Positions 1 to 8,973 are shown, counted from the stretch's first letter. The stretch is DNA of 64,000 nucleotides from Candidatus Methylacidiphilales bacterium (GCA_038250235.1 JBBSCO010000001.1:64500-128499), one strand, 5' to 3'. Program-made: numbers and translations. The notes: generated by a model from the sequence alone, not told the origin.

Positions 1-1
1 T

Positions 2-541
2 GTTGAGGCCGAAATTCTGGTAACATTGGAGGAAGCACTGCGCGGCACCGAGCGGTCGGTTTCCCTCAGAAAATCAGATACGCAAGGAGGTGAAGGCAAA
101 CTACACACCCTCAAGATACGGATTCCGGCCGGAGTGCGTGAAGGTCAGCGTATACGCCTCGCCGGACAGGGAGAGCCGGGGCTAGGTCAGGGTCAAGCCG
201 GGGATCTTTACCTGAAAATCAAATTTGCCCGGCATCCCCATTACCGGGTAAAAGACCATGATCTGTTTTACGACCTGGATCTGGCTCCATGGGAAGCGGT
301 GCTGGGAACCAAGGTCACCGTGACGACACTCGATGGTGAAAAGGTTTCCGTGAATGTTCCACCGGCCGTGCAACAGGGAACCCAACTACGTCTCCGTGGG
401 AAGGGGCTTCCTGACAACAAAAAAGAACGCCAAGACTTGTTTTTGAAAATCAGCATCGAGATACCAGACAGCATTACAGCGGAGGAACGCAGGCTTTGGG
501 AACAGCTGGCGGAAACGGCAGCAGACCCTTCCAAAGCCTGA
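2..541 (+). CDS. DnaJ/CbpA-family co-chaperone, C-terminal domains (5' end lies outside the window)
   Basis: The frame is open from nt 2 (VEAEILVTLEEALRG...), so the TTG at 26 in the ORF track is internal. DnaJ C-terminal repeats are recognisable: IRIPAGVREGQRIRLAGQGEPG, GDLYLKI, VNVPPAVQQGTQLRLRGKGLP. Confidence 0.8.
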   Translation, partial: VEAEILVTLEEALRGTERSVSLRKSDTQGGEGKLHTLKIRIPAGVREGQRIRLAGQGEPGLGQGQAGDLYLKIKFARHPHYRVKDHDLFYDLDLAPWEAVLGTKVTVTTLDGEKVSVNVPPAVQQGTQLRLRGKGLPDNKKERQDLFLKISIEIPDSITAEERRLWEQLAETAADPSKA

Positions 542-601
542 AGTTGTTGATGAAAGGAATGGGCTGGTTTCCGCTATCCCGCACGTGATAAAACTTTCCT
601 T

Positions 602-1801
602 ATGGTAACACGGAAAAGCAGCTGGATGTTTTTTGCTGTCTGCTTTTCGGGTTTCGTGGCCATCTCTTTTGTCTTCGATTCCCCACCGCTTTGGAAACTG
701 GGGGATTACAGTCATTACTGGTGCACCGGACGGTTGTTTCTGACGGAAAGCAGCCCTTACGGCATTGACATGGCCCGGCATCCTGTGGGCGAAGGTTTTG
801 ATTGGAGCAGTGAGTTTGTTATTCGACAGGCCAGCAATCCTCCTCCCCTGTTGCTGTTCCTGTTACCTCTGGCTTTTTTCAATCCGCAGACCGGCTGGTG
901 GATCTGGATGCTTGGTGGATTTCTCTTTTTTGCCTGGGCCTTGGCTATGATCCCTTTCTTGAGAGCCAGGGATTTGGATACGTCCTTAAAATCCATGAAT
1001 TGGATACGGATGGCCGGTGTTCCTTTGCTGGTATTGGGCTCCTTTCCCGTGTGGGATTGGATCCGGCACGGGCAAATCTCGGGCTTGCTCGCAGCGATGT
1101 TGGTTCTTGCATGTTGGTGCCTCCACCGAAAGCATGAATTTTCATCCGGGTTTGTCTGCGGGGTGGCGGCCGGACTCAAAGTTTATCCGGGGCTGGCCTT
1201 CTTCTATTTTGCTGCGGCTAAAAAAACAAAGGCGATGGTGGGTTTCATCTGCGGCTTTGTAATGACCGTCCTCCTGCCCTTGGCATTTTTTTCTATAACC
1301 CTTTACCTGCAATGGCTCGACAAAGGGATGGAGGTCATATCCCATGGGGAAAAAATCCTGACCAACAATGCCGGATTTACCGGGCTGATCTATAAGCTGG
1401 AACAGGCACTCAACCTGCAGTTACCTAATGGGCAGATAGAGCGTGTCATTCCGGCCCTAGTGGCTCTGGTCATGGCACTGCTGTTGGGTTACAGGGCCCG
1501 GGATAGCCGCTGGCAGGTTCCTTGTCTGGCCATGGTGATTTCCTGGGCGGCCTTTTGTTCTCCGGTGTCATGGCCTCACTACGGTTGTCATTATCTTGTT
1601 ACCTGCCTGCTAATGCTGGATATGGGCCACTCCAGAACGGCTTTGGCTTTTTGGTTTCTGACCATGTCGTTGCCGGTTTATTTTCTGCTGCCGATTCTGG
1701 GCAGTGGCCACTTTTTCATGGGCCTGAGCGTGCTGATGTTGGCCGGTTTGTGCGTTATGACGTGGATGTTGATACGGGACAAGACTCCCAGAAAAGCCTG
1801 A
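602..1801 (+). CDS. Polytopic membrane protein, GT-C-like (DUF2029/GT87-like) glycosyltransferase candidate
   Basis: The 399-aa ORF has many hydrophobic segments. The first loop, GDYSHYW...SSPYG, resembles the Asp-containing first-loop motif of GT-C / DUF2029 enzymes. The family is assigned from memory only. Confidence 0.45.
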   Translation: MVTRKSSWMFFAVCFSGFVAISFVFDSPPLWKLGDYSHYWCTGRLFLTESSPYGIDMARHPVGEGFDWSSEFVIRQASNPPPLLLFLLPLAFFNPQTGWWIWMLGGFLFFAWALAMIPFLRARDLDTSLKSMNWIRMAGVPLLVLGSFPVWDWIRHGQISGLLAAMLVLACWCLHRKHEFSSGFVCGVAAGLKVYPGLAFFYFAAAKKTKAMVGFICGFVMTVLLPLAFFSITLYLQWLDKGMEVISHGEKILTNNAGFTGLIYKLEQALNLQLPNGQIERVIPALVALVMALLLGYRARDSRWQVPCLAMVISWAAFCSPVSWPHYGCHYLVTCLLMLDMGHSRTALAFWFLTMSLPVYFLLPILGSGHFFMGLSVLMLAGLCVMTWMLIRDKTPRKA

Positions 1802-1806
1802 GGCGC

Positions 1807-1837
1807 AAAAAAACCCCGCAGTGATGCGGGGTTTTTT
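1807..1837. terminator. Bidirectional rho-independent terminator between the convergent membrane-protein gene and rpmA
   Basis: An A-run (1807-1813) precedes the stem ccccgca (1814-1820), loop gtga, stem tgcgggg (1825-1831) and a T-run (1832-1837). Confidence 0.85.
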
Positions 1838-1860
1838 GATTTCAGTCGAAAGACCGGATC

Positions 1861-2115
1861 TCAGGAAGCGGCGAGGTCAACCACACTGATGCGGCGGTTG
1901 GGTTTGTCGAACTTTACCTTGCCTTCCGTGAGGGCGAAGAGGGTATGATCGCGGCCCATGCCGACGTTGGTTCCTGCGCGGAACTTGGTGCCGCGCTGGC
2001 GGACGATGATGTTACCGGCGAGAACATGTTCTCCACCGTATTTCTTGGTACCAAGGCGCTTGCTTACGCTGTCGCGCCCATTCTGTGTAGATCCTTGACC
2101 TTTTTTATGTGCCAT
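1861..2115 (-). CDS. rpmA: 50S ribosomal protein L27
   Basis: [16 protein letters not shown]...[20 protein letters not shown] is the canonical L27 sequence. Confidence 0.97.
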   Translation of the reverse strand: MAHKKGQGSTQNGRDSVSKRLGTKKYGGEHVLAGNIIVRQRGTKFRAGTNVGMGRDHTLFALTEGKVKFDKPNRRISVVDLAAS

Positions 2116-2137
2116 AAAACTCCTGGAATTCGTTCAA

Positions 2138-2449
2138 TCAGCCGACGATTTTGTTGATCTTGAGGCGGAGACGCTTCTGGCGATGACCGACGGTGCGGTG
2201 GTAACCTTTGCGGCGCTTGTATTTGAAAGCGATGACTTTGTCGCCTTTGACTTCGCCGATGATTTCAGCCGTGACGGAGGCGCCAGCTATGACGGGCTGG
2301 CCGACTGTGACAACGTCGCCGTTACCAATCATGAGCACGTCATTGAGGATGGCTTCCTTACCTTCTTCGGTTTCGAAAAGCTCCACATCGAGGATTTCTC
2401 CTTCGCTGACTTTATATTGCTTACTACCACTACGAATCACTGCAAACAT
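2138..2449 (-). CDS. rplU: 50S ribosomal protein L21
   Basis: MFAVIRSGSKQYKVSEGEIL...KVIAFKYKRRKGYHRTVGHRQ is typical L21, and the gene lies directly upstream of rpmA as in most bacteria. Confidence 0.96.
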   Translation of the reverse strand: MFAVIRSGSKQYKVSEGEILDVELFETEEGKEAILNDVLMIGNGDVVTVGQPVIAGASVTAEIIGEVKGDKVIAFKYKRRKGYHRTVGHRQKRLRLKINKIVG

Positions 2450-2608
2450 ACGTAAATTCCTTTTTAAGAGCTTCCTAAAATGCCCGAATCAATAAGCTGT
2501 GCAAGAAGAATTTAAGAAAAAGTCGAAGAACGTGGAAGCAGTGTGTCGTGGGGACACCAATTCTGTTCCCTGAGTTCCTTTACAGATGGGTTGACGAGGG
2601 CTAGAGAC

Positions 2609-3436
2609 ATGAGGATGGCTTACTTTGTTCATGATTTCAGCCCCTTTCTCTGGCAGTGGTCGGGGAATTGGGGCATCCGCTACTACGGCTTGGCCTACAT
2701 GATGGGCTTTTTTGGGGCTTGGTACGGCCTGCGGGTGTTCCAACGCAAAGGCTGGTCGGAACTGAAGCCCGGGGAGGAAAGTGACCTCCTGACTTGGCTG
2801 GTGCTGGGCGTTTTGGTCGGTGGGCGCCTGGGGTATGTGTTTTTTTACGAAGACTGGGGCAGAACTCTGCAGGACCCGCTCAGCATCATTGCCTTCTGGA
2901 GAGAGGGGGGTATCAGCGGAATGGCCAGCCACGGGGGATTCATCGGGGTTATTCTGGCCGTTTATCTATTCAGCCGCAGCCGTAGGATCGGGTTCTGGCC
3001 TCTGGCAGATAATATCGCGGTTTTGACACCAATCGGTTTGTTTTTTGGGCGTATCGCCAACTTCATCAATGGCGAACTGTGGGGTCGCCCTAGCACGATG
3101 TCCTGGGCCGTTCTTTTCCCGGATGATCCCATGAGGTTACCCCGGCATCCTTCCCAGCTTTATGAAGCTTTCGGGGAGGGCTTGTTGCTGTTCATTGTGA
3201 TGCTTTTTCTTCGCTCCAGGAATCCCGCACCGGGAAGGGTTTCCCTTCTCTTTCTGGGGTCCTATGCACTGGCCCGGATCACCTGTGAATTTTTCAGGGA
3301 ACCGGATTGGGGGATTTACTATCTCGGTTTCCTGACCAAAGGACAGTTGTTGTCGATGGCACTCCTAGGATTTGCGGCTGCGCTTTGGTTTGTGTTGCCT
3401 TCGTCAAAGATGAAAAAATGTAGACCGTCTTTGTAA
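2609..3436 (+). CDS. lgt: Phosphatidylglycerol--prolipoprotein diacylglyceryl transferase
   Basis: Lgt motifs are present: GIRYYGLAYMMGF, GGRLGYVFFY, GMASHGG, GRIANFINGELWGRP, RHPSQLYEAFGEG. The ORF track starts at 2543, but the ATG at 2609 (MRMAYF...) fits Lgt N-termini better. Confidence 0.93.
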   Translation: MRMAYFVHDFSPFLWQWSGNWGIRYYGLAYMMGFFGAWYGLRVFQRKGWSELKPGEESDLLTWLVLGVLVGGRLGYVFFYEDWGRTLQDPLSIIAFWREGGISGMASHGGFIGVILAVYLFSRSRRIGFWPLADNIAVLTPIGLFFGRIANFINGELWGRPSTMSWAVLFPDDPMRLPRHPSQLYEAFGEGLLLFIVMLFLRSRNPAPGRVSLLFLGSYALARITCEFFREPDWGIYYLGFLTKGQLLSMALLGFAAALWFVLPSSKMKKCRPSL

Positions 3437-3499
3437 GACAACCGACAAGGGAAAACCCAGACGCATCCTTGTTTTCCTTGGGATCTTATCTAGGTTTAA

Positions 3500-3884
3500 A
3501 TCAGGCAAGTGACCGATCTGACGAAAGTTGGATAGGAAAGTCCGAACACCGTATGGCAACCAGCCCTGTGAAAACGGGGGAGATCCGGGAGACCGGATTG
3601 ACAGACAGTGTCACAGAAAAGAAACCGCCTCCCGCAAGGGGGGTAAGGGTGAAACGGTGGGGTAAGAGCCCACCGCCCAACGAGTAATCAATGGGGCAGG
3701 ATAAACCTCTGGTGGTGCAAGGCCAAACAGGAAGTAAACCGGCCAGGTCCGGAGCCCGCAAGGGTTCCAGCTTCCAGGTAGGTCGCACCCTGTGCAAACA
3801 GGGTATCGGAGCAATCCGGTAAGATAAATGGTCACTGCCCCGGCTTTAAAAACCGGGGAACAAAATTCGGCTTATCGCCTAAAT
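3500..3884 (+). ncRNA. rnpB: RNase P RNA, bacterial type A
   Basis: Universal RNase P RNA blocks appear in the correct order: GGAAAGTCCGAAC (P4 5' strand, ~3536), GGTAAGGGTGAAACGGTGGGGTAAGAGCCCACC (~3643-3675), and ACAAAATTCGGCTTATCGCC (P4 3' strand/P1, ~3860-3879). The 5' AGTGACC pairs with the 3' GGTCACT (P2). Ends are approximate to +/-10 nt. Confidence 0.9.
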
Positions 3885-3922
3885 GAAGGGCGTCTGTGAA
3901 AACAGGCGCCCTTCTCCTTTTT
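3885..3922 (+). terminator. Rho-independent terminator after rnpB, also abutting the 3' end of the convergent SDR gene
   Basis: A 12-bp stem (gaagggcgtctg at 3885-3896 with cagGcgcccttc at 3903-3914, one G-U pair) has loop tgaaaa and is followed by tccttttt. Confidence 0.8.
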
Positions 3923-3933
3923 CAGCGATCTAC

Positions 3934-4965
3934 TCAACCGTTGATGATCTCGCCGCCGTTGGGATGCAACATCTGCCCGTTCATATAGGACGAATCCAAG
4001 GACGCGAGAAAAACATAACACTCGGCGCATTCCCAAGGCTGCCCGGCCCGACCGATTGGGGTATCGCCACCGAAGGTTTTGACTTCCTTGGCAGGATAAG
4101 TGGATGGAATAAGCGGTGTCCAGATGGGGCCCGGAGCGACGCCGTTGACGCGTATGCCGTCCTTGATCAACTGCTGGGATAAAGATCGGGTGAAGGAAAC
4201 AATGGCGCCTTTGGTCGCCGAATAATCCAGCAGGCCCGGACTTCCGCGATAGGCGGTGACCGAGGCGGTGTTGATGACCGTGGCCCCTTTCCGTTTTTTC
4301 AGGTGGGGCAGGGAGGCTTTCACGAAATAAAACATCGAGAAAAGATTGGTTTCGAAAGTGCGTCGTAGCTGATCGGCACTGATATCCAAAATGGATTTCT
4401 GCGGATGCTGTTCCGCCGCGTTGTTAATAAGGATGTCCAGACGGCCAAAGGTTTTGACCGTTTGCAGCACTGCTTTTTTACAGAACGATTCCTTCCGGAT
4501 ATCTCCTTTGATCAGAAGGCATTTTCCTCCTAACTCCTTTTCGATCTGGCTCTGTGTGTCGAGAGCATCGGCTGTTTCATTAAGGTAAACAATGGCCACA
4601 TGGGCTCCCTCCCGGGCATAAGCGAGAGCGCAGGCTTTTCCAATGCCGCTGTCGCCTCCGGTAATCAGGGCCGTCTTTCCGGATAACTTAGTGCTTCCCT
4701 TGATGGCACGGTTAAAATGGACCGGCGTGGGCTTCATCAGCTTTTCGCTTCCGGGCTGGCGTTTCTGATGCTGGGCCGGGCGCTGCCTTTCGGATGGTTT
4801 GGATCTACCCTGTTCTTTGGACTTGTTCACAACTTTAGGCCGGCGGGTTGGCGTCGCCTGTCTGGCGCTTTTTTTCTTCGGAAAATTTCTGAACGTCCTG
4901 CCTTGCCTTTTCCTTCTTGGCCCCGCCGCTTCGTTCGAAGTCCTGGCTGGCCTTCTTGAGTTCAT
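3934..4965 (-). CDS. SDR-family oxidoreductase of the YhdF/YdaD/YghA (general stress protein 39-like) type with a basic N-terminal extension
   Basis: The core motif is QPGSEKLMKPTP...KLSGKTALITGGDSGIGKA followed by a classical SDR core. The first ~65 codons encode R/K/P/Q-rich low complexity, so the true start is uncertain. Confidence 0.8.
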   Translation of the reverse strand: MNSRRPARTSNEAAGPRRKRQGRTFRNFPKKKSARQATPTRRPKVVNKSKEQGRSKPSERQRPAQHQKRQPGSEKLMKPTPVHFNRAIKGSTKLSGKTALITGGDSGIGKACALAYAREGAHVAIVYLNETADALDTQSQIEKELGGKCLLIKGDIRKESFCKKAVLQTVKTFGRLDILINNAAEQHPQKSILDISADQLRRTFETNLFSMFYFVKASLPHLKKRKGATVINTASVTAYRGSPGLLDYSATKGAIVSFTRSLSQQLIKDGIRVNGVAPGPIWTPLIPSTYPAKEVKTFGGDTPIGRAGQPWECAECYVFLASLDSSYMNGQMLHPNGGEIING

Positions 4966-5101
4966 TTCCTAAATCCGGAGTGGAAGGCGACGAAGCCTGG
5001 TGGGCACTTTTCAGGGGATTTTTTTTGTTGGAATTTTTCACGGTTTTTTCAGCAGAAAGCCACAGACGTCAACTGTATGCTGCAGTTTTTCCGGCATTTT
5101 T

Positions 5102-5599
5102 TTACTCGGTCTGTTCCATGATGGAACCAACGGTAGCTCCGACCGCAGTTCCTGCCAGAGCGCCTAGGGCTGCACCGAGCGGACCGGCTAAGGCGCCCGC
5201 CGCCATACCAATTGCGGCTCCCGTTGTCATACCGACAACATCATCACGGACATTGCGGTCGCCGTCCGGATTGTAATGGGCACCGTTGTGGTCGAGTACG
5301 GAAACGACCTCGCCTGTCTTGGCCGCAGGAACATGGGTCACCGAGACCAAGGTCTTTCCTTTTTCAATTTCGTTGGCGAGATATTTATGATCCGTGTCAG
5401 AATAGCCGACGGATTTTAATGCTTCCTTGCGATTTTCGCTGCAGCCGCAGGACTTGTCGGCGACATGCGAGACGGCGATGTCTTCGGAAAGATATCCTTT
5501 TTCTAATAGGTCATCGACTGCTTTATTGGCATCTTCGCGGTCCTTGAAGAGTGCCCCGACGATTTTGCTCGATGTGGATGTTTTGGTTGAAATAGCCAT
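5102..5599 (-). CDS. General-stress-type protein (YflT/GSP17M-like N-domain) with a C-terminal glycine-zipper segment
   Basis: VGALFKDREDANKAVDDLLEKGYLSEDI resembles the YflT-like domain. The C-terminus GMTTGAAIGMAAGALAGPLGAALGALAGTAVGATVG is a glycine zipper. The ATG at 5599 is preceded by aagga; the ORF track extends to 5653. Confidence 0.55.
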   Translation of the reverse strand: MAISTKTSTSSKIVGALFKDREDANKAVDDLLEKGYLSEDIAVSHVADKSCGCSENRKEALKSVGYSDTDHKYLANEIEKGKTLVSVTHVPAAKTGEVVSVLDHNGAHYNPDGDRNVRDDVVGMTTGAAIGMAAGALAGPLGAALGALAGTAVGATVGSIMEQTE

Positions 5600-5840
5600 A
5601 TGATTTTCCTTGGTTGATGTTTGTTTGAAACAAAGGCCGACCCCGAGTTCCATGATTCTTTAAGTAGAAACGCAGAGGCTATGCCAGGATGAGACTTTAT
5701 TGTCCAAGATCCTGTGGAGTAGCGACTTAAGCAGGCCTGAACGGGAACTGAGGTGAGCCTTTTTAGCTGCAAAGTGCAGGGTATTCTTTCAGGGAGTTGG
5801 TATTCTGCAAGGAACAGGGCAAAAGGGGCTGACCCCATTC

Positions 5841-6902
5841 TCAGGCTTTGGGCTGCTGCTGGGTCACGCAATGTATGGATCCGAGGCCTGCCACCAGAGC
5901 CGTGCATTCAATGGGAATGATTTCGCGGCCAACGAAGGCGTCCTTGAACAGCGATAGGGCTTCGTTCTCGTTCGGGGCCGAATAAACAGGCACGAGCACG
6001 CAATCATTCGCGATGAGGAAATTGGCATAGCTGGCAGGTGAGCGGCCAAAGGGACCTTCCACCCATTTGTCAGGCATGGGGAGTTCGATTACTTCGAAAG
6101 GATCGCCATTCTGATCCCGCATGCTGCGGAGTTTGTCGGCATTGGTCTTCAGCGGAGCATAATTCGCGTCGGATTTATCGGTTTCCACCACGGTCAGGAT
6201 GCGGGATGGATTGACGAAGCGGGTGATGTCGTCCACATGGCCGTCCGTGTCGTCGCCTTCAATTCCTTCGTCCAGCCAGAGGATGTTGCTCAGGCCCAGG
6301 AAACGTTTCAGTTTTTCCTCGATCTGCTCCTGCGTGAGATGCGGATTCCGGTTTTTGTTCAAGAGGCATTGCTTGGTGGTCAGGACGCTGCCCTTGCCAT
6401 TGACGTCAATGGAGCCGCCTTCGAGGACGAGGTCGTGGCGGATCATGGGAATCTGCAGTAGCCGACTGGCGTGCCGGGGAATGGCATCGTCGTCGTTGTA
6501 AGGTTCATATTTTTTCCCCCACGCATTGAAAATGAAATCGTTGGCGATAATCGGCTGTGGGGCCACGGGATTTGTGATAAAGATCGGTCCCGCATCGCGC
6601 ATCCACGAATCGTTGTAGGGGAAATGACAGATCTGTACGTTGAACCGCTTGCAGCCAGCCTTGCTTAGCTTTTCTTCAAGCAGGTCATCCGACTCGCAGC
6701 TTTTAACCAGGACATAGACTTTCTCGTGATGGCTTAAGGCCGATATCATCTGAGCATAGACGTCGCGCGCCTGATCCATGTGTTCGGGCCAGGTCTCGAT
6801 GTTATCGGGCCAGGCCAGCCAGGTCGCTTCATGCGGCTCCCATTCAGCGGGCATTCGGTAGCCGCTGAAATCAAAAAGTGAGGAGTCGAAAACGGGATTC
6901 AT
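5841..6902 (-). CDS. aguA: Agmatine deiminase
   Basis: Motifs MPAEWEPHEATWLAWP, DSWMRDAGPIF, DDTDGHVDDITRF and GSIHCVTQQQP (catalytic Cys) are present. The likely start is the ATG at 6902 (MNPVFD); the ORF track runs to 6938. Confidence 0.93.
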   Translation of the reverse strand: MNPVFDSSLFDFSGYRMPAEWEPHEATWLAWPDNIETWPEHMDQARDVYAQMISALSHHEKVYVLVKSCESDDLLEEKLSKAGCKRFNVQICHFPYNDSWMRDAGPIFITNPVAPQPIIANDFIFNAWGKKYEPYNDDDAIPRHASRLLQIPMIRHDLVLEGGSIDVNGKGSVLTTKQCLLNKNRNPHLTQEQIEEKLKRFLGLSNILWLDEGIEGDDTDGHVDDITRFVNPSRILTVVETDKSDANYAPLKTNADKLRSMRDQNGDPFEVIELPMPDKWVEGPFGRSPASYANFLIANDCVLVPVYSAPNENEALSLFKDAFVGREIIPIECTALVAGLGSIHCVTQQQPKA

Positions 6903-6918
6903 GAGAATGGACCCTAGC

Positions 6919-6950
6919 GCAAAGACGCAACGTGGCAAAGGCGCAAGTTC
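6919..6950 (-). repeat. 8-nt-periodic GCAA array (copy A) in the aguB-aguA intercistronic spacer
   Basis: The + strand reads GCAAAGAC GCAACGTG GCAAAGGC GCAAGTTC. It is 24/31 identical to 31987-32017. Confidence 0.5.
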
Positions 6951-6956
6951 TTCTAC

Positions 6957-7829
6957 TCAATCAATGTAACGTTTGGTGATGTCACCGTAAGCATCAATAC
7001 GGCGGTCCCGCACGAAAGGCCAGTGGCGGCGTGTGACGTCGACTTCGTTCAATTCGCAGGGAACGATGAGAATTTCTTCCTTGTCCTGCGACCCCAATTC
7101 AAGGATTTCGCCGAAAGGATCGCAGACAAAGGATCCTCCCCAGAAATCGAGATGTCCTTCCGATCCTACCCGGTTGACTGCTGCCACAAACACCCCGTTG
7201 GCAATGGCGTGGCTGCGCTGAATGGTCTGCCAGGCATCGGCCTGGCATTTTTTGATTTCAGGTTTTTCGTCGTGGGCCCATCCGATGGCGGTGGGGTAAA
7301 AGAGGATATCGGCTCCTTTAAGGGCCGTGATACGTGCTGCTTCCGGATACCATTGATCCCAGCAGACCAGGACGCCGATATCGGCATAACGTGTTTTGAA
7401 GGTCTTGAATCCCAAGTCGCCCGGGGTGAAGTAGAATTTTTCAAAAAAGGCGGGGTCTTCCGGGATATGCATTTTCCGGTAAATACCCAGAAGAGATCCG
7501 TCGGCATCCAGGACTGCGGCCGTGTTGTGGTAGAGACCCTTGGCACGTTTTTCGAAGAGGCTGGCAATGATAACAACCTGATGTTCCCTGGCCACGTTGC
7601 TCAAGGCTTCCGTGCTGGGTCCTGGGATGGATTCGGCCAGGTCAAAATGATCATGCTCTTCGGTGCGACAAAAGTATTCCGTGCGAAAAAGTTCCTGCAA
7701 ACAGATGATCTGGGCCCCTTTTTCTGCGGCTTTTTTGCAACGCGCAACTGCCTTGGCCAGATTGGCTTGAGGATCAGCAGAACAGGTAAATTGAACCAGT
7801 CCGACGTTGACGGTGGATGCTTCACTCAT
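6957..7829 (-). CDS. aguB: N-carbamoylputrescine amidase (nitrilase/CN-hydrolase superfamily)
   Basis: VGLVQF...ICLQELF (catalytic Glu region), IYRKMHIP (Lys) and VLVCWDQWYPE (Cys) are present. Adjacency to aguA supports the specific call. Confidence 0.9.
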   Translation of the reverse strand: MSEASTVNVGLVQFTCSADPQANLAKAVARCKKAAEKGAQIICLQELFRTEYFCRTEEHDHFDLAESIPGPSTEALSNVAREHQVVIIASLFEKRAKGLYHNTAAVLDADGSLLGIYRKMHIPEDPAFFEKFYFTPGDLGFKTFKTRYADIGVLVCWDQWYPEAARITALKGADILFYPTAIGWAHDEKPEIKKCQADAWQTIQRSHAIANGVFVAAVNRVGSEGHLDFWGGSFVCDPFGEILELGSQDKEEILIVPCELNEVDVTRRHWPFVRDRRIDAYGDITKRYID

Positions 7830-7902
7830 GGCTAAATGGTTAAACCCTGAATTCTATTCGACAAGCCCTCATTTGGGCCGGGGGGGACTTTTTACCTGAA
7901 CG

Positions 7903-8973
7903 TCACTCTGACCCGGCTTTCAGGGCCCAACGCAGCTTGGTGGAACTGGCCCGGGGATTTTGTCTGCATTCCTCTGGACCGGGGCGGGTAACTTCATCGG
8001 AAATGTCCGAATAGAGACCTTGATGCAGGCCTTGTTGAAAAGCCTTTTTTACGCGGCGATCTTCGCCGGAATGAAAGGTCAGAATCACAACCTTTCCTCC
8101 GGGTTTAAGGCAGTCCGGCAGATGTTTAAGCAGGGTTTCCAGAGCGGCGAACTCCTGGTTTACTTCGATGCGGAGTGCCTGAAAAACCCGGCGTATAGAG
8201 AGGGTTCTTTCCTCTTCAGGAAGGGTTCCCAGCACCTGCTGAAGTGCTGTGGCCAACTCGGTTGTACGGGCGAAGACTTTTCCGTGTAGCTTCTGGCTGA
8301 GGCGTTGAGCATGGGGTTCGTCGGCATTGTCCTGGAAGATCCGGCATAACTCCTCGGCAGTGCAGTCTTGCAGCAGACGGGATGCGGGGATGCCTTTGTC
8401 AGGATTCATGCGCATGTCCAAAGGTCCCTCCCATTTGACTGAAAAACCACGGTCTGGAGTATCCAGTTGCATGGAGGAAACCCCAAGGTCAGCGAAGATT
8501 CCATCAACCCCCTTCAGGTTGTCCCAGGCCAGTGCACGCCGGATACCGGCAAAATTGCTGCGTAGCACCTTGAACGTGTCAGGACCATAGCCTGCTTCGC
8601 GCAGACGCGCTTCCGTTTTCGGTTGCTCCAGGGGATCGACATCCATCCCAATGAGCAGGCCTCCCGGCTGGATACGGGAAAGGATTTCCCGGGCATGGCC
8701 TCCGTACCCCAGTGTGCAGTCCACATAGGTTTTCCCGGGCGAGGGAGCCAAAATTCCCAGGATCTCCTTTACCATGATAGGAATATGGGTGCCGGCGGGG
8801 GTTTTACCGGAGGCGATGACTTTGGCCACGGTTTCTGGATATTGTTCAGGACGGTGTTCCTTGTATTTTTCTTCGAATTTCCTGGGATTTTTTCCGGAGT
8901 AACGGGGCCGCCGTTTCCTGACCGGGTTCACGGCTGGATCGGGCAGAGGATCAGGATTGAAAGAGTTGCTCAC
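7903..8973 (-). CDS. rsmH: 16S rRNA (cytosine1402-N4)-methyltransferase RsmH with a ~55-aa N-terminal extension
   Basis: HIPIMVKEIL, DCTLGYGGHA, GMDVDP, DLGVSSMQLD, FQALRIEVNQE and LTFHSGEDRRVK are all present. Confidence 0.93.
   Translation of the reverse strand: MSNSFNPDPLPDPAVNPVRKRRPRYSGKNPRKFEEKYKEHRPEQYPETVAKVIASGKTPAGTHIPIMVKEILGILAPSPGKTYVDCTLGYGGHAREILSRIQPGGLLIGMDVDPLEQPKTEARLREAGYGPDTFKVLRSNFAGIRRALAWDNLKGVDGIFADLGVSSMQLDTPDRGFSVKWEGPLDMRMNPDKGIPASRLLQDCTAEELCRIFQDNADEPHAQRLSQKLHGKVFARTTELATALQQVLGTLPEEERTLSIRRVFQALRIEVNQEFAALETLLKHLPDCLKPGGKVVILTFHSGEDRRVKKAFQQGLHQGLYSDISDEVTRPGPEECRQNPRASSTKLRWALKAGSE

Noticed and set aside
3469-3835. Three ORF-track entries lie here: 3469-3687 (+), 3501-3797 (-) and 3611-3835 (-).
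   Set aside because: They lie entirely within the RNase P RNA gene, whose universal sequence blocks are present. They are chance ORFs in structured RNA.
5821-5836. A possible terminator hairpin lies downstream of aguA (minus strand ggggtcagcccctttt).
   Set aside because: The stem is only 4 bp, which is too weak to call.
6917-6950. I tested whether the periodic GCAA/TTGC motif is a sigma-54 promoter (TGGCAC-N5-TTGC).
   Set aside because: The minus strand reads TGCCACGTTGCGTCTTTGC. The GG dinucleotide is absent, and the spacing to the next TTGC is 2 or 10 nt, not 5.
7023-7835. Long antisense shadow ORFs lie opposite well-supported genes: 7023-7835, 14718-15632, 28801-29631, 31865-32776 and 41104-41781 on +; 9843-10526 and 25168-25932 on -.
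   Set aside because: Each lies opposite a gene with unambiguous family motifs (aguB, proS, speA, DUF1501, the P-rich protein, the kinase, ALDH). Their translations show no motifs and have skewed G/R/V-rich composition typical of antisense frames.
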